A DNA stretch of 63,415 bases, counting the filler, from Stramenopiles sp. TOSAG23-6 (Eukaryota): the NCBI GenBank assembly GCA_900128565.1. It is 11 parts of 11 records of this genome, joined end to end, with 100 filler letters (N's around TTAATTAATTAA, not from the genome) between each part and the next. Parts side by side here need not be neighbours in the genome. Positions count along the whole stretch, not along the records: positions 21,954 to 32,790 come from LT636290.1; positions 32,891 to 43,697 come from LT636291.1; 9 more parts are not named here. One strand, written 5' to 3'. This document shows, in pieces, positions 24,022 to 36,200 of the stretch. The notes beneath the pieces are model-generated. The model was not told where the DNA came from, ran no database searches, and was given only the letters and a program-made list of their open reading frames with translations. Made by a program: the position numbers and the translations under genes. How positions within the stretch are numbered: position 1 is the stretch's first letter; every line of letters begins with the position of its first letter.

Positions 24022-25791
24022 ATGACTGTCGATATTTCGGCTGCCTTAATTACAGCGCTCAATTTAATTGATGGAATCCTTGAAGATGATAATTCTTTAA
24101 TACCTCATAACTTACCAAATTTCAAAAGAGATGTGAAAGTATTCGTTTCAACTTTGATGCCACCAAATTCTGTTGCTGTTCCACAACGTAAGAATAAACG
24201 CCCAAAACTTAGTCAACAACCATATCGTGTCACTTCACGTTTATTAGCCATTCCCGAAGATATGATTATACATATAATTTCATTTATCAGCTGCAAAGGA
24301 CTTGGTGTAATGGAACTCATTTCAAGGCGTTTTTACGGTGGACAAATTGTTGGAGGAAATGTTACCAAGGGACTTGTCCAGTTGTCAGCTGAGTTCCGTG
24401 TCAAGTCCGTTATATCAACAGTTCACCCATTGAATCGATTAACTCTCACGAGAACGTACCGAAAAGGCTGGGGGGAGTGGCTGAATAGTGCCTTGCTTAT
24501 TTCTAATCTACAAAAACATAAATATTGGAAAAGTATGTGTGTTTGGCTGTTCAAACCTGATGATCTCTATATTGATAATTTAGATTATTGTTATCAAAAC
24601 ATATTGACGACCATTGCGATTGTGGATAAAAACACAGTTCGTGTGAATGAGAAGTGTTTAGATCTTTGCCATGTTGATTATTGTCGTTATGAGGGAGCGA
24701 ATGAATTAGATTTAGTGACTGGACGAGCCTCAAAGAGTAAAACATTTCGGATACCAAATGTTATACAAGTTGGAGCTGTTTGGAAGCAATATATGGCACT
24801 GACATCGGATGGCATTGTGTACTCCTGGGGGGGTAGTACGAAGTCGTGGCAAAACGATTCTCTTGGTCATCCAAATAAGGAGATTTTATATCCAAAGCCC
24901 AAACTAGTTGAGGCTCTTCGGGGCAAGAAAGTGATTAAAATTTTGATAAATAGCGAAGAGGAGGTTTTGTATCACTCATATGCTATGGCTCTTACAGATG
25001 ATGGAGAAGTCTATGTGTGGGGAGGATTTAGCGCAGATGAAATGAGACTTGAAAACAATGTTTCTCATGATGTTGTAGAACCTACATTAATGGAAGCCTT
25101 AAAAGGAGTGCATATTGTAGATATTGTATCTGATGTAGGTGACGGTAGCATTCGTGCTATTACTATGGAGGGAGAACTATATGATTGGCATTTTTACCCT
25201 GATATAGACAATATAGACAGTGACGTTCATGACGGTCATGTTAAAAAAATGAAAATTTCTTTTGAAGGAAAGCCGTTGAAAGTTGACAAAATATTCAGCT
25301 ATTCGTACTTCACCTCAAAAAGTGGGGAACTTTATGTTGTTTCCAGAGATGGAGTGGATCGAATTGAAGTGGATCGAATTGACGGGATATCTGGCGAGAG
25401 TATCGTGCAAGTATGTCTCAATTCTGATTATGGTACACTTATAGCTACAGCATCAGGACAAGTATACTACATCATAGAATCAGAAAATAATTCTAGAAGA
25501 GCAAGAAAATGGGGGGGTCGTCTTTCAACAAAACACATTGTAGAAATTCATGCTTGTTCTTATAGGGATAATTGTCGCATGGATTTGCATGGTGGAGGCA
25601 TCGAAAAAAGAAAATTACTGGTGGAGAATTGTACTCATGGGTACTATTCGGAGCTTTCTCGTGAAGAAAATAACCCACATCAGAGTATTCTTCTGTTTCG
25701 TACAATAACAGGTGAGACATTTGTTTGTCATGATAAAAATTCTAGAGATTATTTATTTGATGGAGATGAAATTGTTCGACAGATTTTTTGA
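24022..25791 (+). CDS. F-box and RCC1-repeat protein
   Basis: LLAIPEDMIIHIISFI...ISRRF (F-box-like); ALTSDGIVYSWG, ALTDDGEVYVWG and PKLVEALRGKKV (RCC1 repeats). Confidence 0.7.
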   Translation: MTVDISAALITALNLIDGILEDDNSLIPHNLPNFKRDVKVFVSTLMPPNSVAVPQRKNKRPKLSQQPYRVTSRLLAIPEDMIIHIISFISCKGLGVMELISRRFYGGQIVGGNVTKGLVQLSAEFRVKSVISTVHPLNRLTLTRTYRKGWGEWLNSALLISNLQKHKYWKSMCVWLFKPDDLYIDNLDYCYQNILTTIAIVDKNTVRVNEKCLDLCHVDYCRYEGANELDLVTGRASKSKTFRIPNVIQVGAVWKQYMALTSDGIVYSWGGSTKSWQNDSLGHPNKEILYPKPKLVEALRGKKVIKILINSEEEVLYHSYAMALTDDGEVYVWGGFSADEMRLENNVSHDVVEPTLMEALKGVHIVDIVSDVGDGSIRAITMEGELYDWHFYPDIDNIDSDVHDGHVKKMKISFEGKPLKVDKIFSYSYFTSKSGELYVVSRDGVDRIEVDRIDGISGESIVQVCLNSDYGTLIATASGQVYYIIESENNSRRARKWGGRLSTKHIVEIHACSYRDNCRMDLHGGGIEKRKLLVENCTHGYYSELSREENNPHQSILLFRTITGETFVCHDKNSRDYLFDGDEIVRQIF

Positions 25792-26233
25792 ACTCAGGAG
25801 TAAATAAAGGGATGCAACTGATTATTTTTTTCATATATGATTCAGTTATTTAGAGATATAAGATGCTTTCGAGCATCTGAGTTGTTTTTTGATTTTAATG
25901 ATTTTATAATATTTATAATCTTACCATAACTTCAATCTTCGATTAGGGTTAGGGTTAGCCTAACTTTTTAACCGAAACACGAAATAACGTAAAAAACAGC
26001 ATGCGCAGAGATTTTTGGATTCGTTCCGCACAACAACGTAAAATCTATTGAATTTTAACCTCCCAAGGGATATAATAAAAAAGGTAATTAGGCAGTGTAA
26101 TTAAGTCTTAACATATTGACGAATTGACACGTTGTAATTCATAGTTACCTATTAAGATATCAGTATAGATTTCATTAGTGTAACGCGAACGAATAGAGTT
26201 ATTAGAGTCGAGGTATTTCAGTAGAGTGAGGAA

Positions 26234-28562
26234 ATGGCAAGCTTCGTTCCTGGACAGGGTTTGGTCCGACCTGCTGTTTCCCAAAGCTCAACGAGTCTAT
26301 CGGGACCCAATAGAAACAGTTTGCAAAAGACTCCGAAATTGAAATTTAGTAGTAGTGCGAGTGCATATTGGTCACCAAATACTGCAGGCTCAGCATCTGC
26401 AATGCCAACGTCCTCTCCCCCTTTACGTCCTGCTACGGGGGGACCAAATATGGCACAAACTTCAAAATCATTTATACCTAAAAGCCAAGGATATGTACCA
26501 CCGGCTCCTTTTACTCCTAGCGCCAAGGAATTTGTTCCAGGGGGTGTCAAAGAGTTTGTTCCTTCGGATGCCAAAGAGTTTGTTCCAGGGGGTGCCAAAG
26601 AGTTTGTTCCAACTGGTGCGAAACCTAACGCGACTTTCACGGCAAATTCTGGTGTATTTGTCCCTGTTACTACTAAAAATCCATCGAGCAGTTCTTTACG
26701 TAGTTCATCCGAAGCATCGGAGTTTATACCTGGGAATAGTGCACGTATAAATAAACCTGGGAAGAATGTAAATTCTGTCCCAGTCTTTGTACCTGGAAAT
26801 AATGTACCTGTGAATAAGCTTCCTGGAAATTACGTTCCTGGAAATTACGTAGATTCTCAACCTGTCTTTGAACCGAATGAAACTCCACGTGATTTTTTCG
26901 AATTACCACCATCTGTGCCTGCTATTCAGCCTCGTGTGATTAATTCGCTTTATATGCCTGATCATTTTAGGGATTATTTTGCTCACCAGTCAATGCATTT
27001 ACATGCCCAAGTTTCCGCTGGAGATGCTCGTTTAAAGATGATTCCTAAAGGATATGATTGTATACTCCCCCTTGACATACCAAGAGAAACAGGTGGTAGC
27101 TCGATAAATCCGCTTCCATATCCATCGTCCATCTTTAAGGTTGTTCGATGGAGTGATGTATGTTTTCATGATTATTTTCTATCAAACTTTTGTCTTCATA
27201 CGAAATTTTGTNCCNAANAAAAAAAANAAATTTTCGACATTTTGTTCAAAATACATGGGAGCGTGCTTGCCTTGCGGCGTGTCGATAAGTTGAGAACAAC
27301 GAACGAGATCCTTACTATAGTATCTAAGGCTTGGAAGCGTGTGCAGCACCCATGTGTTGTCTCGCTACAAGGCTCATTTATTGCAACAAATGGAATTTTT
27401 TTCTTACATGAATATTATCCTGGAGCTCAATCTCTCCTACAAAGATTCTTCACTCAACACCCTCAAAGTACTAGAGATATGATTCCGGAACCCTTGCTTT
27501 GGCGTATTGGTTGTGCCCTTGCCTCAGGTTTAAGAGCCATTCATGGAAATGGTTTATCGTCTAGATGTTTAAATCTAACACGAGTAATTATTTCAGGTCA
27601 TGGACGTGCCAGATTAGCAAATTGTGGCATAATGGATGTTTTAGAATTTGAATCAAGAAAAAGTCTTCAGCAGCTTCAAGAAGAGGACATTTTAGGTTTG
27701 GGTAAGGTACTTTTACAACTTTCTCTCCGAAGTCTCACTGCAGATCAAAATTTACAAAAGTCAATGTACGGTTTCATCATGCACTGTATATCCATTCTAC
27801 ATTTTGTAATTTCAAAACTAACAAATTTCAAATTTCTGAGATATTTTTTCAAAATAAAGGGATGCAGTATCACAAAGGTATTCGAAAGAATTAACATCTA
27901 TCATTGGAACATTAGTCTTAAAACGAGCTTCTATCTTTGACGTCGCGACATTGATGATGCAACATGCAGGTATGGCTTTGACTGAGAGTTTATATCAACA
28001 TACTGATTCATGTGAACGTCTTCTTCACAGAGAGCTAGAGAATGGTCGTCTTTTGTTGCTCATGTTAAAATTGGGCACTTTAAATGAACGACCTGCCAAT
28101 CCCAATTCAAGTAATGATAAAAATTCTTGGTCTGAAACTGGAAATCGGTACATGTTAAAATTGTTTAGAGATTATATTTTTCATCAACTAGATGCTAATG
28201 GTCGTCCTGTTGTCAATTGGGGTCATATTGTATCTTGTCTGAATAAATTAGACGCAGGAAGTTCTGAGAAAATTGTATTGATGTCACGGGATGAAAAATC
28301 TTTAATGGTGGTCTCTTTTGCAGATGTTCGTCGGGTGATTTCGGAAACGTTTGCAGAATTAACTCAACCAGCTTCACAAGAATACTATGACTTTAAACGG
28401 CGCGGTCATCATGGACGGGATGGAAGTATGCATAGATCCAGGTCAAATCGTATGGATCATGGGAGAAGAGCGTCGGGGATAAATACGAGAATGACAAGTA
28501 TGAACTTGAATGGTGGATATAATCGTAGTCGACGAGGTTCCAGTGGACGAGGTAGGTACTAA
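26234..28562 (+). CDS. PAN3: PAN2-PAN3 deadenylase subunit PAN3, 3 exons, about 711 aa
   Basis: PAM2-like AKEFVP repeats, pseudokinase, RELENGRLL...WSETGNRYMLKLFRDYIFHQ...HIVSCLNKLDAG; introns 27158-27256 and 27766-27859. Confidence 0.93.
27766..27859 (+). other. Canonical GT-AG intron with family-like 3' region
   Basis: AT|GTACGG...AACTAAC...ATATTTTTTCAAAATAAAG|G GAT gives QKSMDAVSQRYS. Confidence 0.8.
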
Positions 28563-28870
28563 TCATATACTAGTGATATATTGGATCACCCTCAACTTGG
28601 TGATGATAAATATATATATTGTTGTGTATAATATAGTTTACATTTCTATAAAAAAGAATAATACAATTTTTGGTGTTTTTTGGTATTTGATACCTTTTTG
28701 TAATATGTAAGCATTATTGATATACACAAAAAACAAACACAATTTAGATTTAGCTGTGTCCTTTTTGGCACATATTTATTATTTCCAAAATAACCCACGA
28801 AGAAAAGAAATTTAACTATTATCTATACGTATCTATTACAATAATTACAAATAGTTACAAAATGTTAGCT

Positions 28871-30460
28871 TTACCCCTGTCGTTGCTGTGGTGCACATTT
28901 GATAATATCATCTACACGTAAAATCATTTCTGCCGCTTCAGCAGCTGATAGCAATACTTGCTCCTTCAATTTCAAAGGTTCACGAACACCAATTTCTGAC
29001 ATACAACCAATAGACCCTTTGGCCATATCTAGACCAGCAGTCGTTTTACCGTTGAAATGAGCATTACGCAATTGAGTGACGAGTTCAGCACTGTCGAAAC
29101 CAGCATTATCAGCAATTGTTGCCGGCATCTGACGAAGTGCACGAGCAAATGCTTCGATAGCAAGTGACTTCTTACCAGCAACCTTTGGTACCAATTCATC
29201 ACAGGCTTTTGCCATCAAAGTTTCTGCACAACCACCACCATATGTCACTCGCGGTTCTTTTACAGTTGCGAGAAGTACACACAATGCATCATGTAAAGAT
29301 CTTTCAGCCTCATCAAGTAAATGTTTACTTGCACCACGGAGAACAATACTACATGCAGAACCAGATTTACAACCAGAAAAACGAATACATTTGTCCTCAC
29401 CAATCATAATCTCTTCAATCAGATCACACGTACCTAAACTGACAAGCTCTGGATGTTCAAACGTAGAACATATTTCTGCACCAGTGACTGCAGCTAAGCG
29501 TTCAATACCATCAAAGTCTGCGTGTTCAATCGACATAACACCAGCATCAGCAAACAACTGCTCAGGCCAGTTATATATGAGCTGTCGATTGATAAATACG
29601 TTTACTCCATGTTTTACAATTTTGTCGACTTTACCTTTCATTTTCTTCTTTTCTGCTTCTTCAATTAATGCAACGCTTTCCATATCTTTGACGCGTACAC
29701 GAGCTCCATATATCTTGATTTTATCAGTGTCCATTGATGTGTTTGCAATCATAATTTTTGCGTTCTCGATACGTTTCGGACATCCTACGCCAATTTTTTT
29801 AGACATGACAAATCCATTATCAAGATAAGACTCCTCTAGTCGGCCCCCAGGTTTTTTAATGATCTGAATGTTATCCAAATTATTAGATCCTTTTAATCGT
29901 AGGATTGCTTCAACAGCAAGGTTAGCAAAATGGTCCTTTTCGTGGGTTAAAAGTTTAGAGGAGAGGGTAGTCAAGGCTATTTGAGTCAAATCCTTTCGAA
30001 AATTAGCAGAATTTTCACTGTTATCAACTGACGATTCTCGCAGAGCTGTGCGAGCGGCCTTGGTAGCCATGCGAAATCCATCAATAATTGTCATAGGATG
30101 GATACGTTGCTGAACAAGTTTCTCTGCTTCACGCAAAAATTCACCTGCTAGAACGACAACACTGGTAGTCCCATCACCAACTTCACTATCCTGATTCTTA
30201 GAAATATCAACAAGTACTTTAGCCGCGGCGTTATCAATGTGAATCGAACGCAAAATAGTAGCGCCATCATTAGTTACAGTCACTGGTCCAGATCCGGCAT
30301 CGGGGTTTCCTACAGATTGAAGGATCTTATCCATGCCTTTTGGACCAAGTGTCGTACGGACTAGGTCCGCAATGGCGATGGCCCCGACAAACGATGCGAG
30401 ACGGGCATTCTCACCTTTATCGACCTGTGTACCACCTGCTAATACTGCTGCTTCTGCCAT
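28871..30460 (-). CDS. CCT2: T-complex protein 1 subunit beta
   Basis: [57 protein letters not shown]; intronless CDS. Confidence 0.97.
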   Translation of the reverse strand: MAEAAVLAGGTQVDKGENARLASFVGAIAIADLVRTTLGPKGMDKILQSVGNPDAGSGPVTVTNDGATILRSIHIDNAAAKVLVDISKNQDSEVGDGTTSVVVLAGEFLREAEKLVQQRIHPMTIIDGFRMATKAARTALRESSVDNSENSANFRKDLTQIALTTLSSKLLTHEKDHFANLAVEAILRLKGSNNLDNIQIIKKPGGRLEESYLDNGFVMSKKIGVGCPKRIENAKIMIANTSMDTDKIKIYGARVRVKDMESVALIEEAEKKKMKGKVDKIVKHGVNVFINRQLIYNWPEQLFADAGVMSIEHADFDGIERLAAVTGAEICSTFEHPELVSLGTCDLIEEIMIGEDKCIRFSGCKSGSACSIVLRGASKHLLDEAERSLHDALCVLLATVKEPRVTYGGGCAETLMAKACDELVPKVAGKKSLAIEAFARALRQMPATIADNAGFDSAELVTQLRNAHFNGKTTAGLDMAKGSIGCMSEIGVREPLKLKEQVLLSAAEAAEMILRVDDIIKCAPQQRQG

Positions 30461-30996
30461 TCTTTCATGTGATTAATATAAAAAAGTGTTTTCATTGATA
30501 AATACACGTAAAGTAAGTCAAAAACAAGTGCGCGAAAAATACTATGATGGACACATATACAAGAACATCAGTTAAGAGTTGATGTTGACGTTAGTAACAT
30601 AAACAAGGATTCGAAAAAAGGGAGACAGTCCATATATAAATGGTACAAACACAAATACAAGGGAAACATGATAATAAATAACATCAATGTGCATTTTGCA
30701 TATGATAACACAACGTACTTTAGTATTGGGTTTTCGTCTCACACTCTGCGCATACGAATTGTAGAAGTCTTGATCATTTGGTGGCCATTGACCTGGGATT
30801 GGCCAAAATTCGTTAAACGTCCATGATTTCAAGATTTCGTGTTACTACTACGTATACTCAGGCTTATATTTATTTCAGGGTAAAAAAAACAAGGGTATAA
30901 TACAGAAAAGATAATAATAGAGTCATTTAATGATGATATAATGTAAGATGTATCAGTATTGGTATTATTTTTATTATTTATAAGAGTAAAAGTGTC

Positions 30997-31353
30997 TCAA
31001 TCTGAATTTTTTTCCCATTGGTAATGCGTCACTCGTTCTGCACCGTAGTCAATTCCATCACTAATACTTCTTTTTGTTTCAAATGTAAATCGAATTGGAC
31101 GGGCATTCGGTTTGCAGATAATTTCAAGCACCGAATCAGCACACAAATGCCTCACTGATACTCCATCTAGAGATACTACTCGATCGCCAACACTGACGAG
31201 TCCTCCCAATTCCGCCGGACCAGGAGGGGCAGTGAAGGCAGTCACGTAAACGCCATTACTAAATTCATTACTTTCGAGCTGCATTCCTAAACGACACTCC
31301 CTAAAAGTTACCTCATATTGTCTGATACTTCTATTTGCTAGCTGTTGATGTTT

Positions 31354-31388
<35 letters not shown>

Positions 31389-31971
31389 GAAACATTTTTC
31401 GCAACTGGTTTACGTCAATCCCCGAAGGAATTTTCGCAGAAATATCAGGACCTTCGTCAGAAGTATATTTCACTCTAGTGTGGCATAAATAAAGATCTTT
31501 CTCACCATTTGGGTTATCTTTTGTTATATTATCTGTCAGGCACAATATACCAAATGGAGTTTCCTCGCAATCACAGCAAGTTATGTACTTGAACGTGGAC
31601 TTGGTGCTTTCAGCTCTGCAAACGCCTAAGTTGTCAAAGTCTGTGGTGCGCTTGATATGCCACCACCATCTAGGGTGGTCAAATAGAATACGGGAACTAT
31701 TTGGCTTTGCACTATTTGGATCGTCATTTTTTGGTGCTAGTTGAGTACGCGGAAGACGCAAATCCAAATTTTCAGTGAGGGTTCCTAACCCTGGGGAAAT
31801 TATGCGGCAATTACATAATCGACAACAAATGACTTTTGTGTTACACCCATCAACAGATACTAGTTCCGTTGACGGTGGTAGTTGGTCTTTTTGAGGACCT
31901 AAAATAGAATCTATTGGGCGAGGTAATAATTTTGTTTCATTTTTAATTACTGATTGCTCACGCGTTGACAT
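30997..31971 (-). CDS. Mss4/RABIF-like domain plus polyQ plus PDZ domain protein
   Basis: CRLCNCRI...WWHIKRTTDFDNLG...KYITCCDCEETPFG (Mss4); RLGMQL...GVYVTAF...GPAELGGLVSVGDRVVSLDG (PDZ). Confidence 0.75.
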
Positions 31972-32157
31972 TGTTTGAAGTTTATATAAAATAGGTGTGA
32001 GTGAGAGAGAAGACTTAGTGCTGTTGTGACTGACGAAATATGTGCGTTACCGGGTAGCGTAAAAATATATATCCGAAAATAAATTTTGGTGCCAACACAA
32101 TTACACAACTAATATATTGGTACTTTAGCTCACTTTAGCTGTATCCCAAAGTAGATA

Positions 32158-32693
32158 ATGATATACCAGATTGTAGCATTTGGCATCATTATTTGTCTCT
32201 CTCAAGTATATGGTAGATATGGTATGATAATTAAGCGGACAAATCAGAGAAATAATTCTGTCTTACCAATTGATGATAACGAACCATATGGAACTGCAGG
32301 AGATTATGATTTACTTCTTTTTGCACGTTTTTGGCAAGGAGAGCCAGAAAATGAAGTTTTTTGTGGTTCATTTGCAGCCTCAAATCTAACAATTCATGGG
32401 ATATGGCCACAATATAGAAAAATGGATAAAAATTCCCGTCTTTGGCCTCAATTTTGTAATACTACTTCGTCTGTGTCTTCAGTCCTACACCCTGTGGAAA
32501 AACATTTTTTACCAGAATGGTACAAATATGCTCGTTCATATCCTAGTGATACAAACTTGACATATAGTGGATTAGCGCAACACGAATGGTCTAGACACGG
32601 TTCCTGTTGGTCATCGGATATTGACCATATTCCTTCTGTTGGGACAGAACCCTTAGTATTATCCCTTCAGGAAAAGTTTTTTTCAGCTTCCCT
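32158..32693 (+). CDS. Ribonuclease T2 family protein, partial
   Basis: Signal peptide, LTIHGIWP (CAS I) and QHEWSRHGSC (CAS II); enters an element at 32694. Confidence 0.88.
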
Positions 32694-33278
32694 GTACTTT
32701 TTCATCATTAATTTTTTTTTATACGAAATTTTGTACCTAAACAAAAAAACAAAAAAAAAAAAAAAAAAGATTTTTTTTTTTTTTTTTTTTNNNNNNNNNN
32801 NNNNNNNNNNNNNNNNNNNNNNNNNNNNNNNNNNTTAATTAATTAANNNNNNNNNNNNNNNNNNNNNNNNNNNNNNNNNNNNNNNNNNNNGTTATTTTGA
32901 TACTGGAGTGAAAACTGGGAAAATTATTTAAATTTGGTTATTTTGATACTGGAGTGAAAACTGGGAAAATTATTTAAAATGTTTTAATAAATTTAAATTT
33001 GGTGTCTTTATACAATCAATTCACATAATTTTTTTTTTTTATGTATATCCAATCTATATTAGAAAATATAATTTGTCATTATTTATTCGTCACTTTATAT
33101 AGATATACAATACTATATTGTGTTATAACATATAGTATATATATACATTACAAACAATACTATATAGTATACCATATTTATATATATAATCAATTAAAAC
33201 TACTTTTACTGTTACTATAAACTAGACACATCATTATTATTACATATATATAATCAATTAAAACTACTTTTACTTTTA

Positions 33279-36200
33279 CTATAAACTAGAAACATCATTA
33301 TTATTACCCTTTGTTGAAGGAGTATTAAATAAAATATGTGATAAAGAACGTATGCCATCTAATGAGGCTTCAAGTTGAACACGACATGTTTCTCTTTCTT
33401 TTTCATTTTGTTTTATTCGTAATCCTTCCGAAGACAGACTCTTTACTAATTTATCTTTACGGTATAACAAAACTTTCTTAGCATTATCATCCAGACTCTC
33501 ATCTTTAAGCTTTTCATTCAAGTGTAGTATTCGTCTTTTGAGGTCACGTTTTGTTCTTTGTAATTCACTATTTGTCTTATTTAGCTTTGATTCATTTCTG
33601 GCATGCATTGCTACATTTGCTAAATGCATATATTGCTTATTTGGATTAGGATTACCTTGCTTAATGTTAGCTTTCAGTTCATTATATAAATCCGTTGCGT
33701 TTGCTTTTATAGATAATATTTCATCAACTTTTCTTTTAAGAATTATAAAACGAGCTTTGGCTTCTTCTAACATTGCAATCTGACTTCTCCAACATCTTCC
33801 CTGGTAAGCGACTTGACTACTCAGTTGCTGCCATTTGGATAATTCTATTGGTGTCATATGTATTTTGGAAAAATATTTCAAAAAAAAATCGTTAGGTACA
33901 AAATTTTTCTAAAAAAAAAAATTACAAAAAAAAAATTGAAAAAAAATAAAACATGCATCATTAGGATAGACTTTTGCTTTCTTATTATTACTCAACCCAA
34001 ACCCTAACTCTAACCCTTGTTGCACAGACACTTTCTTTTTTGACAAATGTAAATTTTTCCCTTTTATATTTTCTTCTGAGATTTTATTAATTGTATTACT
34101 TTTGGTGTATTTGAGAAGTAAATCAGTCACTGTAGCCAACAATGGGTGAATGAACGTATTTCCTTTTATCAATAAAAGATTTGGAATTATGTTTGAAAAT
34201 GGGACAAGTAAAGCTTTCTTTGCTCTTGAATGTGATTTGGACGTTTTCAATGATGATTCAAGATCATCTTGTACAGTAATGATTCCATGTATTTTGGAAA
34301 AATATTTAAAAAAAAAAAACTAAAATTCGTTAGGTACAAAATTTCGTACGAAAAAAAAATTCGATTTTTTTGTTAAAAAAAAAAAAAACGTACATGTGTA
34401 CTAATAAAATTTCTATCGCACTCGCTAGACGCATCATTACATAATTGTGTTGTATGTTTTTGTATCAAGCTACAATTATACCGTAACGCACTTTGAACTA
34501 AATGTATTTTGGAAAATTTTTTTTTTTTGTAAAATATGTTAGGTACAACATTTCGTACGAAAAAAAAATCGATTTTTTTGTTTAAAAAAAAAATAAAACA
34601 TACATCTATCACACCCTCCATAGTCTTCTCTGCTGATTTTCTTTCCAGTTGTACATGATCATACTTTATTTCTAATTTTTTATGTATTCTACGTAAACGT
34701 TGTTGCTCTACAATGGCAGCATCAAGTTTTCTCTGCTCACGTTGTATATGTATATTTGTTGTTTGTACCGTCTTTTCAAATGAATGTACTACCGATTTTG
34801 TATATGGTATTCCTAATTTAGTGCATGTGGCTTTATTCAGCGATTCTTGAAGTAAAGTGTAATTTTTTGAGCTTATTAAATGAGTTGCTTTACGTGTATT
34901 TTCAGAAATTCTGATTTTTATAAGATTATGAAATTGTTCCTTTAACTCTGATTCTATATCATCATCCATAATGAATGTACTAATCTGATCACGTACCGCA
35001 GAACATGTATTGCGAAAGAAAGAAAAATTCAAAAATTTGTTAGATATAAAATTTTGTATCAAAAATAAAAATAAAAATATTGAAAAAAATAAAAAAAAAA
35101 TAAAACAAAATAAAAAATAGTGAAAAAAATAAAAATAATGAAAAAAACGTACGTGCACATTTCACAACATTATCAGATAATACAGACGTATTAAATAAAT
35201 TTCTAATAAAAGACACACAATTTTGCATTGTGGATAAACGACTTTGATTTGTTGAATGCAAAGATTTGCTTTTTGTGTTTTTTGTGCTTGAAAAGTAGCT
35301 ATTTGAACAAATTTTTGTTTCAATTTCCGATGCATACTTTGGAAACCAATTTCGAGTTTTAACCAAATCTTTTAAGGCCGAGTTTGTAATTCCTCTCAGT
35401 CGAATACTGGTTGATTTAATACTTGACAGTGTTGACATTATTAGTTGTTGTTGTTTTGAATTACATTGAGTAGAATGAGAGTCTAACATTTCTAAACCAG
35501 TAAACACGCCAAGATTTTTGCTTTTTTTCTTTCTTATTTTGTTTGTGTTGGTTTGAGGCATTTTGTGCCATTCAAGATTGATTGAATAGTTACTTTTTCC
35601 AGTTGATGTAATCAATTTACATTTCTTTTGAGATATGTTTTTATGATGTTTAGAATTAGGTTCTAGGAATACAACTGCCTCTCCCAGATTATCATGAATA
35701 TCACCACCTACAGTATCCATGTATTTTGGAAAAATATTTCAAAAAAAATCTAAAAAAAATTGTTAGGTACAAAATTCCATACGAAAAAAAAATAAATTCG
35801 ATTTTTTTGTTTTAAAAAAAAAATATAAACATACATTCGCACCTCATCCATTGATGTCGCAATAACTCGAATATGTAACGCTGGTCGTTTCATTTGCACA
35901 GTCTTTTTTACATAATTTGTTGAATGTACATCATGGATGTATTTTGGAAAAATATTTCAAATTATTTTTTGTTAGGTACAAAATTTTTATAAAAAAAAAA
36001 TCATACANAAAAAAAAAAAAAACATACACAAATTTCGACATTTTTGATGTAAACCAAAAGACTTGATTCCAACAATTTGATAATGTCCAGAGTGACTTTG
36101 AAATTAATGCATTTTCTTCGAAATCTCCTTCACAACGAATAGCATATATTTTGGAAAAATATTTCAAAAAAAAATCTAAAAAAAATTGTTAGGTATAAAA

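Noticed and set aside
32891-33310. 47-bp and ~66-bp short tandem duplications
   Set aside because: At a contig start or in AT-rich 3' sequence; likely artefact or simple slippage.
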